Source: the human T2T-CHM13v2.0 reference genome, Homo sapiens
Reading direction: 5' to 3' (one strand)
Length of the DNA stretch: 64,000 bases
NCBI RefSeq assembly: GCF_009914755.1
Contig: NC_060933.1
Positions 48,876 to 63,203 of the stretch are shown one piece after another (the first letter of the stretch is position 1; every line of letters begins with the position of its first letter). A program made the translations under genes and the position numbers. Under the pieces are notes generated by a model. That model saw nothing but the letters and a program-made list of their open reading frames with translations, was not told where the DNA came from and did not search any database.

Positions 48876-49508
48876 ATGGCATAGTTGTGAAGCAACACTG
48901 GAGAATGTCCTGGGGTTACTCAGTGCACTGCATTATTTCTAAGGTTATATTTTTTCAATGTTTGACCCTTGATTTACATTGACATTTACATTCCCTTTAA
49001 GTTCCAAAAATGTAATATATTTTACAGTTCTTGTTTTAAAATTATAATTTCAATAACTCCCTTGACTGGGAGAATGTGAAGGTCTTTGCCCACACATTTT
49101 TGGTTCCCCACTATTTCTTTGCATCTACTTAAAAAATAACAATAATGAAATAATATCAATTGCTATTTCTTGAGCAGCTTTTAGGAGTGAGTTATCATGC
49201 TGAGTATTTATATACATTACCTCATTTACTCATGCAGAGTAGATGTATTTCTTCTCATTTATAGACAAGAAAACAGAGACTAGGGAAGATTGGTAATTTG
49301 CCCAAATATTATCTGCCAGAACCTGAATTCAAGCCCAGTCTCTATAAACAAATTATTAAGTGGATAAATTGGTAAATAAGCAAATAAATGAGTAAGTAAA
49401 CAGGATGATTATACACAGGTGAATTGAATAAATTGCTCATTATAGATAAAATATTAGTTACAACCAAGTAAAAAATATAACCCAAAATATGCAAGCATGA
49501 CAAAATAA

Positions 49509-49874
<366 letters not shown>

Positions 49875-50086
49875 TATCTTCTCTTTCCCTTAACATATTA
49901 GAATTTCCCAATGGTGTTAAAACTTCCTTGAAAGCAGGACCAAGTTATAATATTCTTTCATTTGAATGTACTATATTCTATTCAATAATTCTCCTATAAT
50001 TGAATTCAGCAATTTCCTCTCAAAATTAAGGGATTATTAATAATGCTATAATGATCATCTTTGTATAGAAATATGATGTCTTTAAC

Positions 50087-50215
50087 TTATTTTTTTATAG
50101 AGACAGAGGTCTCACTACGTTGCTCAGGCTGGTCTCAAACTCCTGGGCTCAAGCAAGTCTCCTGCCTCAGCCTCCCAAAATGCCAGGATTCAGGGGTGAG
50201 CCACTGCACCCGGCC
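50087..50215 (-). mobile_element. Alu monomer (FLAM-like)
   Basis: Single reverse arm, TSD agaaatatgat. Confidence 0.85.
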
Positions 50216-50777
50216 TCAGAAATATGATTTTTAATAGTGGAAGTATATTCCCTTTTATTAAACTTTTATTTATAATCTTTTTATTATAGAGATATCTTTG
50301 CCACCCTGCTAATTCTTTCCTTTAGATAGACTTCTGGAAAGGGAATTACTACATCAAGTGGTGAAGGCACTCTATGAATGTTGATACATATTGCCAAATT
50401 GCTCTCCAGAAAGGCTCTACCAATCCTTTGTACTAAAGTCTATGAATGTCACCATTTTCCACATCCGGCAGATACTCATATCATCATTCTTATCACCCTT
50501 AATAATAACGGCAAAAGATGACAGCCCTTTGTTATTTTAATTTGTATTTTTTAGTAATTTATTAGTCCTTTATGTTTCCTCTTCCGTAAATTCTGTATTC
50601 ATGTCCTTTGCCATTTTGTTATTGAGATGTCACCATTTTTCCTACTGTTGAATAAAAGATTTTTATGTATTAGGGATACTAGTACTTTTTCGGTCATATT
50701 AGTAGCAAATCTTTTTCCTTCTTTGTAGTTTGTCTTTTAATTTTGCTGGTGATAATTTTACCTATAATCTATACGAT

Positions 50778-50853
50778 GTAAATTTTTGATAATTTCCTTA
50801 AGCCCCCAAATCAGTAAATTTATTGATAATTCCCTTACGCCCCCAAATCAGTT
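50778..50853 (+). repeat. Imperfect tandem duplication, ~36-37 bp x2
   Basis: ttgataatt(t/c)cctta(a/c)gcccccaaatcagt occurs twice. Confidence 0.85.
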
Positions 50854-51348
50854 AAATAGTTACCTATATTTTCTATTTTTAAAAAATTATTTTCTTTTAT
50901 AAATTAAGATACAATTTATATTCTATTTTTAATGGTTTCCTTTCACTTTTTATACTTATTAATAGCTAGAAATAATTTTGTGATATAATATGGAGTCAGG
51001 CCCATTTGTTATGCAATTTATTCCTTCCCCCATCAACTTGTGTGGATATTTTGTCACATGGAGTAGATCTATGATATTCTAAGAAGTATAGTTGTTCAGA
51101 GTTTAGACTCTGTGATCAACCACATCTGGGTTCAGATCCTAGCTCTGCCATCTTTTTGGTCCTGGGCAAGTTACTTAGCCCATCTAATTCTCAGTTTCCC
51201 CATCTGTAAAAGACTGATTGTTGGGAGGATTCCATTATCCTGAGTATGCAGAACAGTCAGCATGGGCTGTGCTACCTAGGAAACATTTAGTACAGTATGC
51301 ATTCACTACTAGAATTATGACTATGATATCGATGAAGTTATTCATAAC

Positions 51349-51645
51349 TTTTTTTTTTGAGATGGAGTCTCGTTCCCATTGCGCAGGCTGGAGGGCAGTG
51401 GCGCAATCTCGGCGCCCTACAGCCTCCGCCTCCTGGGTTTAAGCGATTCTCCTGCCTCACCCTCTGGAGTTGTAGTAGCTGGGACTACAGGCACGCGCCA
51501 CCACGCCCAGCTAATTTTTGTATTTTTAGTAGAGTCAGGGTTTCACCATGTTGGCCAGGATGGTCTCGATCTCCTGACCTCGTGATCCGCCTGCCTTAGC
51601 CTCCCAGAGTGCTGGGATTACAGGCATGAGCCACCACACCCGGCC
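51349..51645 (-). mobile_element. Alu (S family)
   Basis: Reverse dimer, TSD gttattcataacttt. Confidence 0.95.
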
Positions 51646-51896
51646 GGTTATTCATAACTTTAATAAATTCGGATATTCTTGAATGGTGCAGGAATACTCA
51701 CTTCAAACTTTTAATGAGTTACTGGGCATATGGTCAAAAAATAAAACAAAGCTGCATTCACATCTCCACAGTGGCTGTTTCCTTGTCTCACTCACAGGTA
51801 AGTGATACGCTTCCACATCCACAGGGCACACAATTCGTATCTTGCCTTAAAAGGAAGAACTGAAAGGATATAAAACCAGATTATCTCAAAGGTTAG

Positions 51897-52243
<347 letters not shown>

Positions 52244-52551
52244 CCTTCTGTATTACCTTAATTTTTGACAGTAATTATGCCTACTGAGGGGAAAACAATA
52301 AAGATGTACCCTTGGAAAAAGTGCTTACCTCAATGAAGTTACAGATTAATCATCATCCAAGATTTAGAATTTATTGCAAATAGTAAAAACATTAACACTT
52401 AAATCTTCAAATACGGAGAAGCCTTTTAGGAACCATTTCAAGGTATGCAGAAATTTGGTGTGATCTCAATTTTATTTAAATCTTCTTTCATATTTCTTTA
52501 TGCATGTGTATACCTTAATTATAGGGTGTAAAATTACAAGTATATATATAT

Positions 52552-52834
52552 ATTTTGAGACAGGGTCTCATTTTGTTGCTCAGGCTGGAGTGCAGTGGCA
52601 TGATTACAGCTCACCACAGCTTTGACCCTTCCAGGCTCCTCCTGCCTCAGTGATCCTCCTGCCTCAGCCCCCTGAGTAGCTGGGACTACAGGCATGTGCC
52701 GCCAATGCCCGGCGAATTTTTAAATTTTTTGTAGAGACATGGTCCCTCTATGTCTCCAGCTCCTTGGCTCAAGCAATCCTCTTCCCTTGGCTTCCCCGTG
52801 CCTGAATTACAGGCATGAGCCACCACGCCTGGCC
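52552..52834 (-). mobile_element. Alu (J family)
   Basis: Reverse, diverged dimer. Confidence 0.9.
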
Positions 52835-52899
52835 TAATTATAGTTCTTATGATGTGGAGCTCAATCATCTATTACTAAATTATTTCATAGTTATTTTCT

Positions 52900-54085
52900 T
52901 TCTCTTTTTTAAAAAATTAAGATATCATTAACATATCATAACACTGACCATTTTAAAGTGTTTACTTCATGGTTTTTGGCAAATGCCCAAAGCTGTGCAA
53001 CTAAGACCACCACGTGACTCTAGAACATTTCATTGGCCCAAAGAGAAACTCCATGCCTTTTAGCATTCAGTGCCTATTCCCCTCACCCAGCCCCTGGAAA
53101 CCACTATTCTACTTTATTTTGCTGTGGATTTGCCTATTTTGGATTCACGTGAAAGAAATTATACAATATGTAGAATTATTTTTGTCAGCTTTTCACTTAG
53201 CATGTTTTCAAGTTTCAATAATGTTGTAGCATATACCAATATTTCATCTCTTTTTATGGCTGAATAATGTTCTGATGTGTGATATATTATATTTCGTTCA
53301 TTTATTCATCAGTTAATGGATACTTAGGTTGGATTTGCACCTTTTCGCTATTCTGAATAATGCTGCTATGAGCATTCGTACACAAGTTTTTGTGCGGACA
53401 TACGTTTTCAATTTTTTTGGTTATATACATAGGAGTGGAATTCCTAGGTCATATGGTAATCCTGTATTTAACTTTTTGAGGAATGCCAAATTGATTTACA
53501 CAGCAGCTGCCCCATTTTACATTCCCACCAGCAATGTATGAGGGTTCCAATTTTTCTACATCCTCGACAAGTGTAAGTTTCCATCTTTTTGATTATAGAC
53601 ATCCAGTGAGTGTGAAGTTGTATCTCAGTGTGGTTTTGTTTTGCATTTTCCTTATGACTAATGATGTTAAGCACCTTTTCATACATTCATATGATGAAGT
53701 CAAATTATCTGTCTTTTCCTTGGTTGCTTGTTCTTTTGCTATCATGACCCAGAAATCATTGTTTAATCCAAGGTCATACATATTTAGCCTTAAGTTTATC
53801 TTCTGAGAGTTGTATAGTTTTAGCTCATACATTTAGGTCATTGATCTATTTTGAATTAATTTTTTATATGTCATATATGGAGTATATGTAGGTGTATATG
53901 TATGATATATTTGTAGATGTCCAACTTTCTTCTTTTGCATGTGGATATCCAGTTGTCCCATTTGGACAACAACTATTTTTTTCCAAATGAATGGTCTTGA
54001 TATCGTGTCAATGTCCAAATCAATTGGCCATAGATATGTAGGTTTATTTCTAGATTTGCAATTCTATTCCATTGGTCTATAGGTC
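52900..54085 (-). mobile_element. L1MB-like 3' fragment
   Basis: ORF2 C-terminal remnants (KIGTLIHCWWECK; LGLNNDF..KEQATKEKTD) plus L1MB-like 3'UTR. Confidence 0.85.
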
Positions 54086-54564
54086 TTAGTTGAGCTCTTG
54101 ATAAACACTGGCATGAGATGAGTATATTTCATTCTCTAACAAGTGCCTGGAGTATAGCTGAACACTAACTGGCCCATGCTGCTTACCTGTCAGCTGACGT
54201 GAGTAAGAGATTGACAGCCTCCTCTGAGACATGAGGATCATAAAAAGGGCATGCGCCTGAAAATAGTTTGTACCTCTGATCAGCTCCAAGAGTCTCCATA
54301 GAGACAAAAAGACAAATAAGGTCCAAATTCCAGTCCATATAGCTTGGCTAAAATAATCTGAAGCCTAGTAATTTTTAGGCGGGTATAACTCATACACCCA
54401 TCTCAGCACCCTCAAAATCACCTGATAAATATTTATGGAGTCCCTGTTCTGTGCTGTGTACAACAAAGCAGCTTTAATTTGAGGATTTTATTTCCTGGCA
54501 TTCTTCCAACAAACTACTTGCAGCAAAGTTGCCAAAGACAGTAAGCTGATTGTATGAAGGTATC

Positions 54565-54864
54565 ATTATTTATTTATTCATTGAGACAGGGTCTCACTCT
54601 GTTGCCCAGGCTTTAGTGCAGTGGCGCAATCTTGGCTCACTGCAACCTCTGCTTCCTGGGTTCAGCAATTCTTGTGCCTCAGCTTCCTGAGTAACTGGGA
54701 TTACAGGCATGCGCCAGCACTCCTGGCTAATTTTTTTATTTTTAGTAGAGACGGAGTTTCACCATTTTGGCCAGGCTCGTCTCGAGCTCCTGACCTCAAG
54801 TGATCTGCCCACCTCAGGCTCTCAAACCGTTGGGATTACAGGGGTGAGCCACAGCATCTGGCCT
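54565..54864 (-). mobile_element. Alu (S family)
   Basis: Reverse dimer. Confidence 0.93.
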
Positions 54865-55654
54865 GAAGTTACCATTGTTATAGGCCAAAAACAGTTGAAT
54901 GGTGGCTCTTATTTTTGAAAAGTTGATTTATAGCCCTTCTCTTTGTCAATAATTAGCCAGTAGGCCAATTGTCTCTTCAAGCCACTCCTTGCTAAAGGTA
55001 ATACAACCTTATCATTTGTGTATAACGGAATGTTTGGTCCTTCTGTTTTGCTTTGTTGAAGGTAGGAGTGGCAAGATATCTGCAGGATTGCATTAAATTT
55101 ATCCAAAATGATATTAGGTTAACATGCAAGTTGTAAAGAAGGGAAGCAGAGACAATTATTCCCTGGGCCTGGAAGCTTCATCCTTCTGCCTTTAGGGACC
55201 AAAGCTTTGTTGCCATATGGTCTGCCATAACAATCCAAGATTGATCCCTTTCTTCCTGTTTACTGGTGCCAGAGATCCTAGAATAGCAAGGTATAGTTTG
55301 TGTCTGGTAATGTTTAATCTTGATGACAGCTGGCACAAGAAACATAACCCTGAACCTTGGAACAAAGATGGTTTTCTGCTCAGTGCAAGTACTATTGCAG
55401 CGTTATTACAGCAAGCTCAGAAAGACAGCCAGACTTCTGAATTACATTATTCCTTTTTAAGTTGCTAAAATTGAGGCTGAGGCAGGAGAGTTGTTTGAGG
55501 CTTCCATTTGACACTGTAAAAAATAAGAACTTCAGTTCATCAAAAGACACCATTAAAAGAGAGAAAAGGCAAGCCACAGACTAAAAAAGGATATTTGCAA
55601 AGTACATATTTGGTAAAGGACTCCAAACTAAAATTTATAAAAACTTTTACAAAT

Positions 55655-55963
<309 letters not shown>

Positions 55964-56699
55964 ACTTTCGCAAATCAGTAAGAAAAAGGCATCCCAAATG
56001 GATGAAAGATTTAAATGGGTACCCCACAAAAGGGGATAGCCAAAAGGATAGAGCATATGAAATGATGCTTAACATCTTCAGACACCATCCCCTACTCTGT
56101 ACAGTCAGGCAACTGCCTTTTTTCATGCTCAGCAGACAGAAAGGTATTCTCTGAAGAAGTTAAGACAGATCTTAAGGGAGGAGCATCCAAAACAGAGGTA
56201 TCATATTAAGTCAGGGGGATTAAGATACCGCACTCCCTCCCACTGCCCCTGCCACCCCACTCCCCCGCCGCCCCTGCTTCACCCCTCCACTGCCCAACCC
56301 ATCTCCTAGAATTCTCACAACCAGGCCTTTACCCACCAAGCAGGAAACTGAAAAATATTCTCCAGGGAATCTGACCAGCCCAAAGGAAAATGCCTAAAGA
56401 TGCTCACACAGGGGGTTCTCTAGCTAGAAAGTCCAATCAAGTCATTATACAATGAAGCATTTCAATGACAAGATCTACCCACGAATAAAAACTTCCAATT
56501 AATTTTAGTGCTGCTTTCTTAAATAAGAATTACCAGACCCTTGGGGAAAGTCTCTACCATGAAAGACAGACATCAAAACAAAGAGAAAGACAACAACAAA
56601 GCAACTTAGAGGAAACAGACTATAAGGTAGAAGAAAACTGTAAATTACTAAACTCAGATAATAGAGAGGATTGTAATAAAAAAACTAGTTTGCTATTTA

Positions 56700-56992
56700 G
56701 GCTGGTCGGTGGCTCATGCCTGTAATCCCAGCACTTTGGGAGGCCAAGGCGGACGGAACATTTGAGTTTAGGAGTTTGAGACCAGTTTAGCCAACATTGT
56801 GAAACCCCGTCTCTGTTAAATAAATACAAAAATTAGCTGGGCATGGTCATGCATGCCCGTAATCCCAGCTACTTGGGAGGCTGAGGGAGGAGAGTCATTT
56901 GAACCCCTGGAGACAGAGGTTGCAGTGAGCCGAGACTGCACCACTGCACTCCAGCCTGGGTGACAGAGCGAGACTCCATCTCAAAAAAAAAG
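56700..56992 (+). mobile_element. Alu (S family)
   Basis: Full dimer, TSD-like tagtttgc(t/a)attta. Confidence 0.92.
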
Positions 56993-57504
56993 GAAATAAA
57001 ATAGTTTGCAATTTAAAAGAGGAAGATTCAGAGAACAAAAAAATTTAAAATAGAAAAAAGTGTAAAATTCATAGAAGGGTTGAAAGATGAATTTGAGGAA
57101 GACTCTTAGAAAGTAGGGCAAAAATAAGATGGAAAAGATAAAAGTAGAGATTCATTCCGGGGGATTCAATATCCATATAATAATTCCTTTACACCATACA
57201 TTTATAGAAGGAAAACTTGTTTGGACCAGTTAATTAGATGTAGTCTTGGACTTTAAGATGGAGAAGGATGTTCTGGGCTCCCAAGGGATCTGACACAAAC
57301 AGAAGATTCAGGAAGCTTTGAACTGAATCTTCCAGTCACTCATTGGATGAGCTAGATTATGCCGTGAGTTTTCATGTTCAAGGATAGTAGGAAAGACACA
57401 GCATCCAAGTGTAATGAAATCACATTTATCAGACTGTATACTTTAGTCTTAAGGGTTGCATTTAGCTTTTTAAATAATATTTTAAAATTTAAAAATAGGA
57501 AGAG

Positions 57505-57817
57505 ATCCAGGCACAATGGCTCATGCCTATAATCCCAGCATTTTGGGATGCCAAGATAGGCGGATTGCTTGAGCCCAGGAGTTTAAGACCAGCCTAGGCA
57601 ACCTGGTGTAATCCCATCTCTACAAAAAATACAAAAAATGTAACCAGGTGTGGTGGCACGGGCCTGTAGCCCCAGCTACTCAGAAGGCTGAGGTGGGAGG
57701 ATCCATTGAGCCTGGGAGGTCAAGGCTGCAATGAGCTGTTATCATGCAACTGCACTGCAGCCTAGGCAACAAAGCAGGAGTCTGTTTCAAAAAACAAAAC
57801 AAAACAAAAAAAAAAAA
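57505..57817 (+). mobile_element. Alu (J family)
   Basis: Full dimer, TSD-like aaaaatagga. Confidence 0.92.
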
Positions 57818-57909
57818 GGAGGAAAGCTGAATATAATATAGTCTCCTGGATAGGATTGTGGAACTGAAAAGGACATCAGAGAAAATTAATGAAATCTGAA
57901 TAAAGTATG

Positions 57910-58378
57910 TGTTATGTCTGTGCCTAATTGAAGAGACTACCCAAACAGGCTAAGTGTGAGCAGCAAGGCTGTTGCAACAAGGCTGGGTGCAAGTGGGCTG
58001 AGTCCGAGAAAGGAGTCAGCAAAGAGTGTTGGGAGTGGAACTGGTTTTATAGGTTTGGGGTAGGTAATGGAAAGTTACAGTTAGGGGCTGTTTTTTGGAC
58101 AGGGGAAGAATGTCACAAGGTGCATAGTCATGAGGTGGGGGGAGGTCACAAGGCACGATATCACAAGGTCGACTGATTAGTTGGGGCAGGGCAGGAACAT
58201 ATCACAATGGTGGAATGCTGCAAAGTTGGTTAATCAGTTAAGGCAGGAACTAGCTGTTTCTTTTTCTTTAGTGGTTCTCCTGTTGCTCCAGGCTTTGTGA
58301 CTCCAGGAGGCCTGTATGTGTGGGTCAGAGGGGTCACAATGGCTCGACCATGGTGTAGCCTGTTGAGAGGACCTTACA
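57910..58378 (-). mobile_element. ERV1 solo LTR, HERV-H/F class (MER48/LTR7-like), nested in an old L1 3' end (~57850-58557)
   Basis: TG...CA termini, perfect 5-bp TSD gtatg (57905-57909, 58379-58383). Minus strand begins tgtaaggtcctctc..aggc and ends gcctgtttgggtagtctcttca, resembling LTR7-class ends. Confidence 0.85.
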
Positions 58379-58557
58379 GTATGGAGTTTAGCTAATAGCA
58401 GTGTACCAGTGTTGGTTCACTAGTTGTGACAAATATATCATAGTAATGTAAGATGTTAGCAATAGGGGAAACTAGGCATGAGGTAGATGGGAACTCTATA
58501 TTATCTTTGCAACTTTTCTGTAAACCTAAAACTATTCTAAAATTAAAAAGTTTATTT

Positions 58558-58899
<342 letters not shown>

Positions 58900-59029
58900 T
58901 TAACATCAGACAAATCACAACTTTGGCATAAGCCTAGTGACTAGGCCACATGATCATAACCAAGCAACAATCAGTCAGATGTCAGTCTAATCATAGGTCC
59001 TGTTATTTTCAGTAAAGGGGAAAAAATCA

Positions 59030-59320
<291 letters not shown>

Positions 59321-59887
59321 CTAATGTGGCGAAAGCAACAATTTAGGGATTTATTCTATCAGCAGCCTGCCAAATGGATTGAAGTTGGGAAAAATCTGAG
59401 GCCGGGGGATCAGCAATAAGTGGCACGTACTAAAATCTCAAGAATAAAACCCTAAAATGAAACTTTTGGTAAGGGTTTCAAGCAACGTTATTCTTAGTGC
59501 CACATGTGACCTGTTTTAAGCACCTGGAGACAAGCAGAGCCTCTTGTGGAGACAGATGTATCAGATCTTCACCTGACTTCATTTGATATCTGAATCATAG
59601 AACTATTTCATACCCCCTTCTTCCAAGTCCAAGCTCTCCTGGCATCTTGTGGTTAGGACTGTATCTCGTTACTTCTGCTTATCCTGCAGTGGCTCTGGGC
59701 TTGTTTGATAATCAAACTGAGCCGGCCCTTATTTTTAATTTTTAACCCATCCTAATGGGGCTTTTTTATTTGGAAATGATTTTAAACTTATAGAAATGCT
59801 GCAAGAATAAGAATGGTACATAGAACACCATGCTACATATTGTTACACCTCTGTTAAACATGTATTTTACCCCATATGCTCATCCAT

Positions 59888-60145
59888 TCTCTCTCTATAT
59901 CTATCTAGATCTCGATATCTATCTATAGATATATCTATATCTATATGTATAGATAGATATCTAGATATATCTAGCTATTGAGATCTAGATCTAGATATAG
60001 ATGTCTATAGATATAGATATAACTAGCTATTGAGATCTAGATAGATAGTTGTCTAGATAAGTATCTAGACAGATTGATATAGATATATACAGAGAATATT
60101 AGGTCCATACTCTCTCTCTCTCTATATATATACACACACATATCT
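59888..60145. repeat. Degenerate (TAGA/TCTA/TA)n self-complementary simple repeat
   Basis: Seen directly. Many internal palindromes (tctaga, agatct, gatatc). Confidence 0.9.
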
Positions 60146-60772
60146 ATTAGGTATATAGTATATACCTAATACTTTTGGATCACTTGAGAATAATGTATAT
60201 ACGTCATTGCCCTTTAGTCCTAAATACTTCAATGTGTATTTCCTAGGAATAAGAATATCCATTTAAAAGAATCATGTTATACTTCTTATCTTCAGTTCAT
60301 TTACTTAGTCACTATTTCTTGAATTGAACCAAACTATTAGAACACCCATTATCCTGGTCTGATCTGACCCACTGCTAACGGAATTACAGGAGTGAAAAAT
60401 TCAAAGTTTCATTTGCATTTCAGGTTTTGGTCTTTGAGAGTACCATAGAATCAAGTTTTGCAAATCAGCTTTGAATTTGACTCACCATGGGTTTGTTTGA
60501 TTCAGTTCAACTGTTCTAAAAACCTCTTTGTCAAAGAACAATACTAATGCCAACAGTGGCAAACACTAATCTAGCCTTCCTTGATATGTGTCAGACAGTG
60601 TTTTAAGTACTTTGTATTTACCAATGCATTTAATCCTTACAACAACCTTAAGGAAACCATAATTATCTCAATTTTATACATTGGGAAATGTAGGCACAGA
60701 TTTTAAATAACTTGTGCATGAATACACAGTTGATAAGGGGATCTCCCAGATATCTTTTTAAATTTGTTAATC

Positions 60773-60798
60773 TGTGTGTGTGTGTGTGTGTGTGTGTG
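60773..60798 (+). repeat. (TG)13 microsatellite upstream of the distal acceptor
   Basis: Seen directly. Confidence 0.95.
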
Positions 60799-60926
60799 TA
60801 GCCTTCTTACATTTCATAATGTTTTCTTTAAAGACGATCCCACACTATTTCTAGTTATTGATTACTTCTCATTGTGTCATGTTCCCCTAGGACAGAAGCA
60901 TTCATTTTCTTGATGTGTTTTTTCAG

Positions 60927-60941
60927 CTGAAGAAAAGGTGA
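60927..60941 (+). CDS. SLC44A1: SLC44A1 distal alternative terminal exon, coding part LKKR* (CTL1b C-terminus)
   Basis: tgtgttttttcag acceptor ending 60926, then CTG AAG AAA AGG TGA in phase 0. Recognised CTL1b end. AATAAA lies 180 nt downstream. Confidence 0.88.
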   Translation: MKKR

Positions 60942-61121
60942 CTGGTCTCATGAGCCCTGAAGAATGAACTCAGAGGAGGTTGTTTACATGAGGTTCTCCC
61001 ACTCACCAGCTGTTGAGAGTCTGCGATTATGAAGAGCAGGATCTTATTACTTCAATGAAAGCATGTAACAAGTTTCTCAAACCACCAACAGCCAAGTGGA
61101 TTTGGTACAGTGCGGCTGTCT

Positions 61122-61127
61122 AATAAA
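61122..61127 (+). terminator. Polyadenylation signal of the distal terminal exon
   Basis: AATAAA followed ~25 nt later by GT-rich tctgtcttgc...ctgtctt. Confidence 0.75.
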
Positions 61128-61339
61128 TAATCAAAAGCATTTGATAGAAATCTGTCTTGCAGCACTGTCTTCACATTTAATGTTGCTTTCTCTTCTAGTC
61201 TCGGGTATGTTTAAATGATTCCCTTTTCTCACTCTAGCGCCAATACTGGCCTGAAGGCTAGATCCCCAGCGAAATTCTTGTTCAGGCTGGGTCTGTCGAC
61301 TTTGACTCTGCTATTTATAGAGCCAATGTGGGTTAATAA

Positions 61340-61550
61340 CTACTATTTATTGAGTGCCCGTTCCATGCCAAGCATTAGGCTGGGTGCTTTACATAAGTTT
61401 AATCCTCACAATAGCCCTGTAAGGTTGCACCTATTATCTCCACTTTGACCACGAAGAAACGGAGACTCAGAGAGTTTGTATCCTATGTGTAAGATCACAC
61501 AGTTGTCAGAGTCAGGATTCAAATCTAGTTCTAACTCCAAAGCTCTCCAC
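61340..61550 (-). mobile_element. MIR
   Basis: tttattgagtgcc...ttaatcctcacaatagccctg...gaagaaacggagactcagagag. Another MIR lies at ~60560-60735. Confidence 0.75.
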
Positions 61551-61739
61551 ACTAACATTGTTTTGCTTATTATTGCTCCAAAGATAATTACCCCAACACC
61601 TTATCAATGCTATACTTCCTCTCATAATGGCAGTGTAGGTATGTGGGAAGTGTCTGAGATGGAGGACCAGGGAGTCTTTAGAGGCGCAAAAGAATCACAG
61701 AATTATCTTCTAAAAAAAAACACAATATTCTTTGAGATC

Positions 61740-61940
61740 AGGAGTTGATAAAATATGGCCCCCAGCTATTTTTGTAAATAAAGGTTTATTGGGAACACAG
61801 CCACACCCAATCCTTCAGGTCTATGGCTGCTTCTGCCCTACAGTGATTGAGTTGCATAGTTGTGACGGATTCCATATGGCCCCCAAAGCTTAAAATGTTG
61901 ACTATTTGGCCCTTTCACAAAAAGTGTGCCAACCTCTGTT
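61740..61940 (+). mobile_element. MER58-like DNA transposon
   Basis: tttttgtaaataaaggtttattgggaacacagccac...actatttggcccttt...tgccaacctctg. Confidence 0.7.
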
Positions 61941-62056
61941 TTAGATGACTTTGGAAGAAAGTCAACCATCTTCATTCAGGCCAATGTATTATTTTTTCCA
62001 TTTGGCTGCAAAAGTACTTAAAGATTGATAATGCTAAGGTAACTACTGTATTCTAA

Positions 62057-62106
62057 TGGTGGTGGTGGTGGTGGTGGTGGTGGTGGTGGTGGTGGTGGTG
62101 GTGGTG
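62057..62106 (+). repeat. (TGG)~16 trinucleotide repeat
   Basis: Seen directly. Confidence 0.95.
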
Positions 62107-62519
62107 ATGGAGTGGGAGGTGAGGGGGGCTGTAGGGATCTAACCAGGAAAGGGAAGGGGCAGGGAATAGGAGAGGTCTGGGCCTCTGGATCAGCAGTCAA
62201 CTCCTCACCCCAGACTCCTCCCACTCATGTCCTTCCTATTTCTCCTGCCAAATCAACTGTCCTAAAATAACTCATTGCTCATAAACATGCAAGTGGCTTC
62301 CCCCACACAACATGCTCAGAAACCAACACCTTGGCCTGGAATTCAGAGACCATTACAGTTTGACCCCTACTAATCTCTCTCTCCACCCACTTTTTCCCTT
62401 TTCCTTTTTTTCATCATGAGGAAATCATGCCAAATTTGAGTTTATATATCAAAGCCAATTTGCTTGTCTTTGATTCACTTTTATGTAGCAGAAAAATAAA
62501 CATATACTACTTGTAGGTG

Positions 62520-62883
62520 TTTGTTTTAGTCCTTTTTGGTGGCTGTAACAAAATACCACAGACTGGGTGGCTTACAAAAAACAGAAATTTATTTCTCACA
62601 GGTCTGGAGGCTGGGAAGTTCAAGATCAAGGTGCTGGCAGATTCAGCGTCTTGTGAAGGGCTGCCTCCTGGTTCACAGATGGAACCTTCTCACTTCATGC
62701 ATCCCCACCTGATGGAAGGACTGAGGGATTTCTCTAAGGACTCTTCCATTCATGCCATTCATGAGGGCTCTGCCTCTGACCTAATCACTTCCCAAAGGCC
62801 CCACTTCCTATTATTATCATCTTGGGGGTTAAGATTTCAACAGATGGATTTTGTGGAGACCCAAACATTTGAACCAAAACAGT
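62520..62883 (-). mobile_element. MaLR LTR (MLT1A/MST-like)
   Basis: aaaataccacagactgggtggctta...ctggaggctgggaagttcaagatcaagg...cccaaaggccccac. Confidence 0.8.
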
Positions 62884-62888
62884 GTTGT

Positions 62889-63203
<315 letters not shown>

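Noticed and set aside
60939-60953. Readthrough at TGA CTGG of the distal exon
   Set aside because: One mismatch from UGA-CUAG. It would add only X-LVS before another TGA, with no recognisable targeting signal.
62018-62224. Poly-proline ORF on the minus strand
   Set aside because: Just the translation of the (TGG)n repeat.
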